Source of the DNA: Escherichia phage LYE-01
Reading direction: 5' to 3' (one strand)
Length of the DNA stretch: 64,000 nucleotides
Sequence record: PQ303785.1
The position numbers and the translations under genes were made by a program. Positions 47,641-56,968 of this stretch are shown here, piece after piece (the first letter of the stretch is position 1; every line of letters begins with the position of its first letter). The notes beneath the pieces were generated by a model. The model searched no databases. It had not been told where the DNA came from and worked only from the letters and a program-made list of their open reading frames with translations.

Positions 47641-48276
47641 ATGTCTAAAGTAACTTACATCATCAAAGCTTCTAACGATGTTCTGAATGAAAAAACTGCT
47701 GCGATTTTAATTACCATTGCTAAGAAAGATTTCATTACAGCTGCAGAAGTTCGTGAGGTGCATCCAGATTTAGGTAATGCAGTAGTTAATAGTAATATTG
47801 GGGTATTGATTAAAAAAGGCCTGGTGGAGAAATCTGGTGATGGATTAATCATTACAGGTGAAGCTCAGGATATTATTTCAAATGCAGCAACTTTATACGC
47901 ACAGGAAAACGCTCCTGAACTGCTGAAAAAACGAGCAACTCGTAAAGCTCGTGAGATTACTTCTGATATGGAAGAAGATAAAGACTTCATGTTAAAACTT
48001 TTAGATGAAAATGGATTTGTTCTTAAAAAGGTTGAAACTTATCGTAGTAACTATCTCGCTATTTTAGAAAAACGCACTCACGGAATTCGTAATTTTGAAA
48101 TTAACAACAATGGAAATATGCGAATTTTTGGATACAAAATGATGGAACATCATATTCAGAAATTTACTGATATCGGAATGTCATGTAAAATCGCTAAAAA
48201 CGGTAATGTGTATCTTGACATTAAACGCTCGGCAGAAAACATTGAAGCTGTAATCACCGTAGCATCTGAACTGTGA
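47641..48276 (+). CDS. motA: MotA middle-transcription activator (211 aa)
   Basis: Begins MSKVTYIIKASNDVLNEKTAAILITIAKKDF; 211 aa as T4 MotA. Confidence 0.9.
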   Translation: MSKVTYIIKASNDVLNEKTAAILITIAKKDFITAAEVREVHPDLGNAVVNSNIGVLIKKGLVEKSGDGLIITGEAQDIISNAATLYAQENAPELLKKRATRKAREITSDMEEDKDFMLKLLDENGFVLKKVETYRSNYLAILEKRTHGIRNFEINNNGNMRIFGYKMMEHHIQKFTDIGMSCKIAKNGNVYLDIKRSAENIEAVITVASEL

Positions 48277-48286
48277 GGAATAAATA

Positions 48287-48616
48287 ATGAACAAGTTAGA
48301 AATTGTCAATGAACTTCGTCGTTGCGCAGAACCTACTCAAGAGGGATGGGACATTTGGTACCATGGGGCTTATCTTGGAACTATTGTAAAGATTAAGACT
48401 GGCAAATACATGATTATTCGTGAAAGTAAAGATGCTCCAGTAGGTATTCGCAATAATTTCATGGCAGCGATAAGTTCCTTTACGGATTCAGCTTACGAAA
48501 TTTACCTTGCCGATTATAAAGAATTCCAGGAATCTCAACCAGTTATTCGCTCAATTGGTGTTAACAAAGCTCAACAGAAAACTTTATGGCAACGTATTAA
48601 AGGATGGTTTAAATGA
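48287..48616 (+). CDS. hypothetical protein (109 aa)
   Basis: ORF with SD. Confidence 0.45.
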   Translation: MNKLEIVNELRRCAEPTQEGWDIWYHGAYLGTIVKIKTGKYMIIRESKDAPVGIRNNFMAAISSFTDSAYEIYLADYKEFQESQPVIRSIGVNKAQQKTLWQRIKGWFK

Positions 48617-49074
48617 ACCCATTTATTAATCGTTTAAAAATGCTGAATGTTCCTTTATCTCGTGAAACTCCAGAAAGTCTTGCTGAAAAATTTAAAGCGC
48701 ATGGTTATAAATGCACAGAAGAAGATATTTTAAAAGAAGTTCCTGAAATCTGTTGGCAGTCTGCATACTGGGATGAAAACCAAAAGTACCAACGACGGAT
48801 TGTTTGCGCAGCCAACCGTTTTAAATTAAAAGATGGACGAACTCTTATTATTCCGGGTGCTCGTCATTATTCTAAAGATATGGCCGAAGTTTTAGATGTA
48901 GTTAAACCCCAATTAGTTACTCAGCAAGTTTGTGATGATGACCAAGGGTTTATTGACCAATATAGTAATTATTGGACACGTGAAGAAGCAATGATTATTG
49001 CAACTTACGCTGGACAAGTACGTATTGAACGTGGTGGCAGTGAAAAAGAACTTTACTCTGAGGACCTTTACTAA
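48613..49074 (+). CDS. hypothetical protein (153 aa)
   Basis: ATG overlaps previous stop. Confidence 0.45.
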   Translation: MNPFINRLKMLNVPLSRETPESLAEKFKAHGYKCTEEDILKEVPEICWQSAYWDENQKYQRRIVCAANRFKLKDGRTLIIPGARHYSKDMAEVLDVVKPQLVTQQVCDDDQGFIDQYSNYWTREEAMIIATYAGQVRIERGGSEKELYSEDLY

Positions 49075-49370
49075 TGAATATTAAAAAGTTTCAAATTGAT
49101 GGAATTACTAATCAAATCCAGGCATTGGAATATGCCAATAAAATGATGTCAACTAATTGGGGAATTTATGCTAATGAACCTGCATTTCAGTTTTGTGATA
49201 TGGAATTAACTAAAAAGCTCGTAGGAAAAGATTATGTATGTCCATTTAGTTCTCCAGTAAATGGAATGTTAAAACCTGCTTTACGCGATCTTTATATTGC
49301 GATGAACGAAGAGATGATAAAAGAGCTAAAACGTCAACTGAAGGTGATTCAATTTGGCCAGGGAAATTAA
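49074..49370 (+). CDS. hypothetical protein (98 aa)
   Basis: ATG overlaps previous stop. Confidence 0.4.
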   Translation: MNIKKFQIDGITNQIQALEYANKMMSTNWGIYANEPAFQFCDMELTKKLVGKDYVCPFSSPVNGMLKPALRDLYIAMNEEMIKELKRQLKVIQFGQGN

Positions 49371-49572
49371 TTCAAAATCAGATTATTTTAATTCTCTCAA
49401 CGATAAAGATAAAAATCTAATACGGCACTTTATCGTTGAGATGGGATATACTGACACACGTGATTTAAGAGAACATATATTTGAGTGTGGTGTAGCTAAA
49501 AAGTTTTCATTCACATGCAAATGTTTAAGAGAGGTAATTCAGCATTATGAACAATTTAGTAGCAAAACATAA
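49354..49572 (+). CDS. hypothetical protein (72 aa; TTG start, doubtful)
   Basis: Open frame only; no ATG near the 5-prime end. Confidence 0.2.
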   Translation: MAREINSKSDYFNSLNDKDKNLIRHFIVEMGYTDTRDLREHIFECGVAKKFSFTCKCLREVIQHYEQFSSKT

Positions 49573-49655
49573 TTTTAATAAAGCTTCTGTCCATAAGGAT
49601 AAAAAGAAAGCGTTTAAAGAATCTAATCGCAAACAGAAACATAAGGGGAAGGTCT

Positions 49656-49934
49656 ATGATTATTGATTCTCAATCTGTGGTTCAATATACAATCAAAATT
49701 GATATTTTAGAAAAGCTATATAAGTTTCTACCAAATTTATACCACTCAATTGTTAATGAATTAGTTGAAGAACTACATCTTGAAAATAATGATTTTTTGG
49801 TTGGAACTTATAAAGATAACTCAAAGGCGGGATATTTCTACGTAATTCCAGCTCCAGGAAAAAGTATTGATGATGTATTAAAAACTATAATGTTTTACGT
49901 CCATGATTACGAAATTGAAGATTATTTCGAATGA
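49656..49934 (+). CDS. acidic 92-aa protein, Arn-like (anti-restriction) candidate
   Basis: 92 aa, strongly acidic; lies between motA and asiA where T4 arn lies (recall). Confidence 0.4.
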   Translation: MIIDSQSVVQYTIKIDILEKLYKFLPNLYHSIVNELVEELHLENNDFLVGTYKDNSKAGYFYVIPAPGKSIDDVLKTIMFYVHDYEIEDYFE

Positions 49935-50083
49935 GTCATAATCTTGAAAAGGTAATCGAGCATAATGTAGCTCAGGAACGCGAGTCGTTCAAGGAATTCG
50001 TAGAAAAAATTTTTGAAGAAAATAACACAGACCAGTTTACAAATCGAGTGTCTGATGATATTATAATAAAGTCAACTAATTGA
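49931..50083 (+). CDS. hypothetical protein (50 aa)
   Basis: ATG overlaps upstream stop (ATGA). Confidence 0.3.
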   Translation: MSHNLEKVIEHNVAQERESFKEFVEKIFEENNTDQFTNRVSDDIIIKSTN

Positions 50084-50095
50084 GTGGTATAGTTA

Positions 50096-50368
50096 ATGAA
50101 TAAAAACATTGATACAGTTCGTGAAATTATTACTGTTGCATCTATTTTGATTAAATTTTCCAGAGAAGATATTGTTGAGAATCGTGCTAATTTTATTGCA
50201 TTTCTGAATGAGATTGGAGTAACGCATGAAGGTAGAAAGTTAAATCAGAATTCATTCCGTAAAATTGTTTCTGAATTAACCCAAGAAGATAAGAAAACCC
50301 TCATCGACGAATTCAACGAGGGTTTTGAGGGTGTATATCGATATCTAGAGATGTATACAAACAAATAA
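50096..50368 (+). CDS. asiA: AsiA anti-sigma70 factor (90 aa)
   Basis: Begins MNKNIDTVREIITVASILIKFSREDIVENRANF, recognised as T4 AsiA. Confidence 0.9.
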   Translation: MNKNIDTVREIITVASILIKFSREDIVENRANFIAFLNEIGVTHEGRKLNQNSFRKIVSELTQEDKKTLIDEFNEGFEGVYRYLEMYTNK

Positions 50369-51025
50369 TTATTTAGCCCTTCCTAATATTCTGGCCGCCT
50401 GAGAACATATTGATTCAAGGCGGTCATTACTTATATGATCATTTCTATACCAGTACATGGTTATCGTTCCAGCATAGATATTATCCAAATTAAAATATGG
50501 ACAACTGTACATGTAGTTTATTTCGGGAGTAGGCTTTTTAGTTGGTAAAAAAGCAAATTTTGAGTTGGAATAATAATGACGTCCATTTAAATGAACTGTA
50601 TATTCATCCATAGTTTTATCAACAGGATATCCTCCAAGTGATTTTTCGCTTATTGTTGAAGGTAATTTTCCTTCATATGCTATAATATCAACAAAATAGT
50701 TTAAGTTTTTAGGGCGGAAAGAATACACCGCACTAAAGTCTGCCTCAGATGATATATGAACTATCTGGAGTTGTTCCAGGGCGACAGATTCAAAGCGTGC
50801 ATTTCTTTCCTTTTCAATAATTTCACTGTATGTTTCATACTTTGATTGCTTATAGTACTCAAAGAAACTATCTCCCCTATACCAAACAATCGCCATTATA
50901 AACAAAAGAATTACGACAGCTACTCGGGAAGCAAGAACCTTCCCGGTAGCGTTATCTTTGAACAAGCGATCTAGAACACCCAACAGAATATCAGAGGGCG
51001 AAAATGATATTCTAGGTGCTGCCAT
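50369..51025 (-). CDS. t: holin T (218 aa)
   Basis: Begins MAAPRISFSPSDILLGVLDRLFKDNATGKVLASR; single TM; 218 aa as T4 gpt; convergent with asiA. Confidence 0.9.
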   Translation of the reverse strand: MAAPRISFSPSDILLGVLDRLFKDNATGKVLASRVAVVILLFIMAIVWYRGDSFFEYYKQSKYETYSEIIEKERNARFESVALEQLQIVHISSEADFSAVYSFRPKNLNYFVDIIAYEGKLPSTISEKSLGGYPVDKTMDEYTVHLNGRHYYSNSKFAFLPTKKPTPEINYMYSCPYFNLDNIYAGTITMYWYRNDHISNDRLESICSQAARILGRAK

Positions 51026-51055
51026 AGACCCTCCTTTTAAGGATATTTATTCAAA

Positions 51056-51835
51056 TTATACTCTTGGACCATATATTGCTCCAACGTTTTGCCATGTCGG
51101 TGTAGACCCTATGACGGCATAACCAGCAGCACCACCGTTATATTCTGTACCGTTCCCATGAATATTACATCTACCTCCTGCTGAGCCAACTTCACCGCCA
51201 TTCCCGCCTGTATATACCCAAAGAGACCCCTCACCGACAGATCCTGCACCCGGAGCGGAAATGGTGCCAGCGGTTGCACCAGCACCCATATGAGAGGAAG
51301 ACCCGCCAGCACCGAATGGGCGACCACCACCACCACCAAATGATAGTCTACCGTAGTTACCGCCGCCGCCACCGCCACCGCCGCCTGCAATAGCTCCACC
51401 ATTATTAATTCTTAGTCTCCCACCAATATCGTTTTGAATACAATGACCTCCAGCTGAGCCAGGACTATTGCTACCGCCATTACCGCCACGTCCATACATC
51501 GTTACGCCGTGTATATTCAACTGAACATATTCATTCGGTGTATCTCCGTACATGAAGAATAAAGGAACATCTTTAGAATATGATACTAAATCTCCAGTGA
51601 TATTAAACACTATAGGTGTACTACCTGCCTCAAAACATCTATCTCGGAACCATTGACCATTGAAGTTATGGTCTGCTCCAAGTGTATGAATAATTTCTCT
51701 TGAGCGACCTGCAAATTGACTCATCCAGCAAGGAACACCCAATCTTAATTGACCAGCTGCTTGACTCATCCAGCGCTGACCCGTTTCATTTACGGCTGAA
51801 CTTCCAATCCAGCCAGGAACTCCAACTACTGCCAT
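51056..51835 (-). CDS. 38: gp38 long tail fiber tip adhesin, T2/T6 type with glycine-rich motifs (259 aa)
   Basis: Poly-Gly blocks ([38 protein letters not shown]) between conserved segments; downstream of gene 37; unlike 183-aa T4 gp38. Confidence 0.8.
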   Translation of the reverse strand: MAVVGVPGWIGSSAVNETGQRWMSQAAGQLRLGVPCWMSQFAGRSREIIHTLGADHNFNGQWFRDRCFEAGSTPIVFNITGDLVSYSKDVPLFFMYGDTPNEYVQLNIHGVTMYGRGGNGGSNSPGSAGGHCIQNDIGGRLRINNGGAIAGGGGGGGGGNYGRLSFGGGGGRPFGAGGSSSHMGAGATAGTISAPGAGSVGEGSLWVYTGGNGGEVGSAGGRCNIHGNGTEYNGGAAGYAVIGSTPTWQNVGAIYGPRV

Positions 51836-51850
51836 AATTTATACTCCAAA

Positions 51851-51865
51851 GGGGGCATTTCCCCC
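51851..51865 (-). repeat. GGGGG-AAATG-CCCCC hairpin between genes 37 and 38
   Basis: Perfect 5-bp G/C stem; no strong U-run. Confidence 0.35.
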
Positions 51866-51871
51866 TTGTTG

Positions 51872-54800
51872 TTAGAATTTAAAATATTTACTAATTTTGC
51901 GAGCAATTTTAGTAAAGAGAGGCGTTTTCAATTCTTTAATTTCTTCACTCATTTCCTGAATAGCCTTAATTAAAAGAGCATTCACTGTAGAGTTAGAAAT
52001 TGTTAAAATCTCTTCTGGGTTATCAAGAGATCCGACATTAGAAGTGCTAACAGCTTCCGGTAAAATTTCTTGTAAATCCTGCGCGATAATACCAATCTCA
52101 TGTGCGATGACTTCTCGGTCAGAAAGAGACTTAACTTTATCGTAGGTTTTAACTTTTAGTTTATTTACCTTATCTACCGCATTTTCTTCGTAGTCTTCAA
52201 CGTTAATTTTCAGACGACGGTCGGAACGAATATAAACATCGTTACAGTAAACCGACGCACTAGATGTGAAATCGCCATTTGCAGCCCATGAATACCAGCC
52301 GCCTTTGTTCATATGCATCATTACGGTAGCTTGACCACCGCCAGCATGAACACCCATTGCCGCAAGATGATCAACACCCCAATGAGTTGCTTTCCAAATT
52401 GAATATGCTCGGGTTTGTGAATCCTGACAATCTAAGAGAATACCAGCAGGACGGTTGCGCCAGTCATCCCAAGCACCACCAAAAACATCACCACGGATAA
52501 GAGCGTATTCACTATTATAAGGAACTTGCTCTCCCGCTTTAATCATTGCACCCTGGAAGTGATGACTAAATGAACCCCCATGATTATTTCGTATATGTAA
52601 AATACCCTCATCTGTAGCCCAGATAACAGCCTTTTCTGCATCGCTATCATCTCTAAACCAGATATGGCGAGCACCAGTTGAGTTTTTGATGGTTATTCCG
52701 CTAGGTCCATGCACGGTCAAAGAACCAGCAACATCAAACATCAAACTGTTATCTGTCCTGCGTTCAGCATAGAAGTGATAACCTTTTGAATCGCCGACTT
52801 CCAATACTGCCGCGCGACCAACTTCTGAATTTCCCCAATTGTTGATAGAGAATCGTTCAGAGCTATTATTCATCTGATTTAGGTATAATGTACCATCAGT
52901 GAATGTTTCGCCAAAGAAACGAGTTTTAATTGCACCTGTCGCTAAAGTACGTTCAGTGGAAAAATGGGCGCCTTGACTATCTTCTAACTGGATGATGTTA
53001 TCACGAGCGTTATTGCTATCACCCCAATGGTTAAATTTAAAATAATCTCGTGATCCTAAACGTCCGGCGTCAAAAGTCATCAAGCCTTTCATGTTAATAT
53101 CACCGCCGACCAGAACGTTATCCGGGAAGTTAACTGTACCATCAGCATTAAATCTTGATGTATGGCCCTGTGTTCCATCTTCTTTGATATGGTGTATCAC
53201 GAATGTACCTGAATTAATTTCAGTACCTAAAGACCAAACTGCTTTACCTTGAAGGTATTTTTGCTTAACAATCGGATAATATTTGTTTACAGCATCATCA
53301 TCGATTTCCTGGAAAATAGGAGCCGCTTGAACATATTGAATATCATAACCACCAGCGCCAGCGCCATGACCAACAAATTTAATATAGCCGTTCGCAGCGA
53401 ACGTATTGTAACTTGATTGTAAATCTGGAATAGTAACTTTACCGGTATCTAAAGCCATACTAAACGGGCGAAGTGGACCGATATCGCCATGTTTACCTTC
53501 ACCATAAGCAGTTGGAATAATATGAAGACTGCCTTCTGAACGTCTAAAAATAGCTCCATAATCTGCGTTCCAAATGCGAAGACCATTTACAGCATTTGTC
53601 GCGATTTCACCGGCTGCGCTGATTGTACCGTCAAATGTAGCATTTTTTACTACTGTAAAGTTTTCATTAACAATCTGGGTGCCATTTATAACCGATTCGA
53701 TTTTACCCGCAGTTGTTCGTTGAATATAATGCATCCATCCAATATCATCAGAAATTTCCATGACATTTTTACGGGTGCCTTCACTTGGATTAGTAAAAGT
53801 ATTTCCCCAAACAGCTATATACATGTTATCAACGGAGCTTTGACCCATGGTATAGCCTTTAAACATTAAAGTTGAATTATTATTTCTACCATCAATATTA
53901 ACCGAACCACCAATAACGTCAATATTGCCTGGAGTAACTAACAAACCGCCATGAGTATTAATGTTTGTGGTACCCTTACCGCGGAAATAGTGATGATAGT
54001 TACCGCCTTGATAATATCCTAAAAGAGTTTGACCGTCACCATACGCGTTATTATCATGGTAAGTAACAACAGTGGCTAATGCATAGTTTTCTGTCGGTGG
54101 CGTTGTCATAAGAATCCCATCCGGAGAATAACCCATAACCATTTTTCTAAGGCTTTGTGTTTCCGCAGGACCGTAAATGAAAGTTCTTGTTCCGTTGTTT
54201 ACTGCATGAAAATATCCGTCCTGATGCCATTTAAATCCGGTATCATTATCGCCAATAGCAATAGAACCTTTACCTAAGGCTGAATATGTCATAGGACTTG
54301 ATTCCATACCTACTGCAATTGAATGGCCTGCTTGAAGCCCACCGGAATAAGAAAATGACAACATGTAATCAGTAGGGGTTGAACCAGAATACCAACTGAT
54401 GCCGTTATTTTCACAAATTTCATGGAGCATTGCGGCCGCTGGGTCGGTACGTACAATGCGCAAATAGTTTTTATCTGTGTCAGAATTATTATTTGCTAAT
54501 GAAGATATATCATAATCGCCCGTCTTCTTCCCATCTGTAATAACTTTATCGGTCAGAATTTGTGGAGACGAAATAGATTTCCATGCTGATACTTCAGGTG
54601 AAGTAAATAGGCCACTGCCTGAAAATGCATAGGTGCTTTCATCACCAGCGGCGTAGTCTTGAACCCTGATATTAAGTACTTGTGTAGTTAATCCATCATT
54701 AGCCGGGGCATAAATTATTCCGCGTTCGCGGTTATTGCCATCGAAAAAACGAACATGCGCTGTACCTGAACTTTTTGTAATAAGTTCTCCGCCCTCAGTC

Positions 54801-55114
54801 ATAATCTGCCCGGCGGCAATAATATCGCGAGTTACTCGAGCAATACCAGTTAAATTAAAATTACCTGTCTGAGTGAAAGCGCCATTTAAAGTATAATCAC
54901 CAGTTTGATTATAGTTTCCTATATGAATAACATTCCCGTCAATGCTACCGCCCTTAGCAAAACCAAGATCAATGATATTTCCTTGGTCGTCTTTAGTAAA
55001 AAGTACGCGGTCTTTTAAGTTTATAGCCAATTCACCTTCGGCTAATACTGAAGCGGCAGGACGTGCTCCTGCAGTTTTGCTTCTTTTAAATTGTATTTGT
55101 TTTAAAGTAGCCAT
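51872..55114 (-). CDS. 37: gp37 long tail fiber distal subunit (1080 aa) with C-terminal intramolecular-chaperone-like domain
   Basis: N-terminus MATLKQIQFKRSK...AEGELAINLKDR as T4 gp37; C-terminal ~110 aa resembles self-cleaving chaperone domains of T2-type fibers. Confidence 0.85.
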   Translation of the reverse strand: MATLKQIQFKRSKTAGARPAASVLAEGELAINLKDRVLFTKDDQGNIIDLGFAKGGSIDGNVIHIGNYNQTGDYTLNGAFTQTGNFNLTGIARVTRDIIAAGQIMTEGGELITKSSGTAHVRFFDGNNRERGIIYAPANDGLTTQVLNIRVQDYAAGDESTYAFSGSGLFTSPEVSAWKSISSPQILTDKVITDGKKTGDYDISSLANNNSDTDKNYLRIVRTDPAAAMLHEICENNGISWYSGSTPTDYMLSFSYSGGLQAGHSIAVGMESSPMTYSALGKGSIAIGDNDTGFKWHQDGYFHAVNNGTRTFIYGPAETQSLRKMVMGYSPDGILMTTPPTENYALATVVTYHDNNAYGDGQTLLGYYQGGNYHHYFRGKGTTNINTHGGLLVTPGNIDVIGGSVNIDGRNNNSTLMFKGYTMGQSSVDNMYIAVWGNTFTNPSEGTRKNVMEISDDIGWMHYIQRTTAGKIESVINGTQIVNENFTVVKNATFDGTISAAGEIATNAVNGLRIWNADYGAIFRRSEGSLHIIPTAYGEGKHGDIGPLRPFSMALDTGKVTIPDLQSSYNTFAANGYIKFVGHGAGAGGYDIQYVQAAPIFQEIDDDAVNKYYPIVKQKYLQGKAVWSLGTEINSGTFVIHHIKEDGTQGHTSRFNADGTVNFPDNVLVGGDINMKGLMTFDAGRLGSRDYFKFNHWGDSNNARDNIIQLEDSQGAHFSTERTLATGAIKTRFFGETFTDGTLYLNQMNNSSERFSINNWGNSEVGRAAVLEVGDSKGYHFYAERRTDNSLMFDVAGSLTVHGPSGITIKNSTGARHIWFRDDSDAEKAVIWATDEGILHIRNNHGGSFSHHFQGAMIKAGEQVPYNSEYALIRGDVFGGAWDDWRNRPAGILLDCQDSQTRAYSIWKATHWGVDHLAAMGVHAGGGQATVMMHMNKGGWYSWAANGDFTSSASVYCNDVYIRSDRRLKINVEDYEENAVDKVNKLKVKTYDKVKSLSDREVIAHEIGIIAQDLQEILPEAVSTSNVGSLDNPEEILTISNSTVNALLIKAIQEMSEEIKELKTPLFTKIARKISKYFKF

Positions 55115-55122
55115 AAGTCCTC

Positions 55123-55779
55123 TTAATAATAGCCGAAATCTTGAACAGAATCCTTAATAACAATTTGATCAAATCGTGGAACATGTGAAGGTTGAGATGC
55201 AGGATTCTGCGAAAAAAGGTTTGGCGCAGTTAAATTTCCTGTCATAGTATCTCCAGAGCGTAATACCCTAGAGTTTGCGTTTGCTGTAACAATATTTATT
55301 GCTCCATCAACATAATCTTTCCGTGTAAGGTCATAATTATTTACTGGAGATAATGAAGTTGCGCGTATTTGTGATGCTTCAATTACACCCTTTGAGCTAA
55401 TATCTCCATTTCGCGTGTTAATTACTACAGTTCTACCCGCTGAACCCTGTGATGATTTAAAACCAATACCATACCACGAAACAATATCCATATTTGTAGT
55501 ATCATATGTGGCATTATCACCAGGACCAGCAAAAATACCGTTGTCACCTGACCCTGCACCAGGAACAGTCATTCCTTTATTAAAAATTACTTTATTTAAA
55601 TACGTACCACCGTTAGCTTTAGAAACGAAATCGTTATCAGCAGCTTGTGGCTTATTATATTCTGAATATATTTTAAATGATTTATAGAGTACATCGTCAC
55701 CGGCTGGATTCAATGGAAAATTTCCTTGATGCCAAATGACAGAGCCTCCAGTTGTTGAACCTACTTTTAAATCAGCCAT
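55123..55779 (-). CDS. 36: gp36 long tail fiber hinge-proximal small distal subunit (218 aa)
   Basis: Size, order 34-35-36-37, late promoter upstream. Confidence 0.8.
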   Translation of the reverse strand: MADLKVGSTTGGSVIWHQGNFPLNPAGDDVLYKSFKIYSEYNKPQAADNDFVSKANGGTYLNKVIFNKGMTVPGAGSGDNGIFAGPGDNATYDTTNMDIVSWYGIGFKSSQGSAGRTVVINTRNGDISSKGVIEASQIRATSLSPVNNYDLTRKDYVDGAINIVTANANSRVLRSGDTMTGNLTAPNLFSQNPASQPSHVPRFDQIVIKDSVQDFGYY

Positions 55780-55802
55780 TGTATGCCCCTTTATTTTAAT
55801 AG

Positions 55803-55810
55803 TATTTATA
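55803..55810 (-). promoter_or_regulatory. T4 late promoter TATAAATA for gene 36
   Basis: Exact reverse complement TATTTATA on the plus strand, 24 nt upstream of gene 36 ATG. Confidence 0.6.
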
Positions 55811-55811
55811 A

Positions 55812-55837
55812 AGAAAAAGGGAACCCGAAGGCTCCCT
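55812..55837 (-). terminator. hairpin GGGAGCC-UUCG-GGUUCCC plus U-run after gene 35
   Basis: Stem with UUCG loop then TTTTTCTTT on the minus strand. Confidence 0.5.
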
Positions 55838-55841
55838 CAAT

Positions 55842-56960
55842 TTATACTTCTCTAAATTCTTGCCCAAATACTTTACCAGCTTTAGACGATGCTTGCGTAG
55901 GAAGTACCATTATATCCGGAGGTGAAGCAGATTCACAGATATAATTAACACGAATGCCGTTGATACCAAATTCAGCAGGTTTCGAAATACTTCCATTTCT
56001 TGACACTTCCGAAAAGCTTAAATTCCTCATGCCACCTTGACCAGCTTGAGCAGTTCTTTGTGCATATATCGTAAATCCTACTGCATTTTCTGGAATAACT
56101 ACATAATCTTCCTTTAATTCCCATGACCCAGCTTGTCCAGTAAACTCAGCATGTGTTGAAGAAATATATCCATTTGATGCATCATAAAAACGAATGGATA
56201 TATTTGTAGTTCCAAGATCAAGTAAATCAGCATCAGCATATAACTGTGCTTTAAGATAAAGAACATCACCAGGAATTAAATTATAATCAGATAGTTTACT
56301 TATAGCAGCTGAAGTTGGTAATCGCGCAATTTCGTTATTAGTTCCACCAACTGCTGACATAAATTGCTCGACACTTTCATATGTTCTTTTAGGAAATCCT
56401 GTAGCTCCGACGTCTTCTAAACTATCAAATACAACATCTAAAATAGTTTGATAGTCATCTGTGCTTTTTCTATTACTTAGTTTAACATGTTCCAATGCAA
56501 TAGCTCTTTTAGAAGAAGTATAAAAGGCAGCATATGATACGTCAAATCTTGACAATACAGAATCAGATGGAAAAGCAGACGTTCCTGCGGTTCTTATCCA
56601 AGATACTACCTCAGGAGGAAAATTAACTTTTCCGTTAGTTAATATAGCAACAAGTCTATTATTCGTCAAAGAGTTCATGAAACCAACAAAAGCAGCTGAT
56701 GTAGTATCATTTGAAGCCGAAAAAGCATATGACTTACTATCAACTAATGCTCCTGTAGAAGGGTCAAAAACTCTTAAATGAAGTCCTGCGCTAAATGTTT
56801 GACTTCCAACAGGATTATCCTGAAATTTAACGTATGGTCCTTCTGCAGTAGAAAGCGGGCAAGAACCCGCTATACTTATTTTATATCTTACTGAATTGCT
56901 TTCCGATAAAAATGGCGTTTGGACATATCCTTGTCCAAACTCTGCCATAAATTTTTCCAT
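55842..56960 (-). CDS. 35: gp35 long tail fiber hinge protein (372 aa)
   Basis: 372 aa as T4 gp35; synteny. Confidence 0.8.
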   Translation of the reverse strand: MEKFMAEFGQGYVQTPFLSESNSVRYKISIAGSCPLSTAEGPYVKFQDNPVGSQTFSAGLHLRVFDPSTGALVDSKSYAFSASNDTTSAAFVGFMNSLTNNRLVAILTNGKVNFPPEVVSWIRTAGTSAFPSDSVLSRFDVSYAAFYTSSKRAIALEHVKLSNRKSTDDYQTILDVVFDSLEDVGATGFPKRTYESVEQFMSAVGGTNNEIARLPTSAAISKLSDYNLIPGDVLYLKAQLYADADLLDLGTTNISIRFYDASNGYISSTHAEFTGQAGSWELKEDYVVIPENAVGFTIYAQRTAQAGQGGMRNLSFSEVSRNGSISKPAEFGINGIRVNYICESASPPDIMVLPTQASSKAGKVFGQEFREV

Positions 56961-56968
56961 AATACCTC

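Noticed and set aside
51361-51390. CCGCC repeat tract that could look like a simple-sequence repeat or CRISPR-like array
   Set aside because: It is the coding sequence of the poly-glycine motif of gp38 read on the opposite strand; no spacer/repeat architecture.
51109-51402. Minus-strand 97-aa ORF rich in Val/Ala overlapping gene 38
   Set aside because: Shadow frame of the glycine-rich (GGN codon) region of gp38; no RBS; fully contained in a confidently assigned gene.
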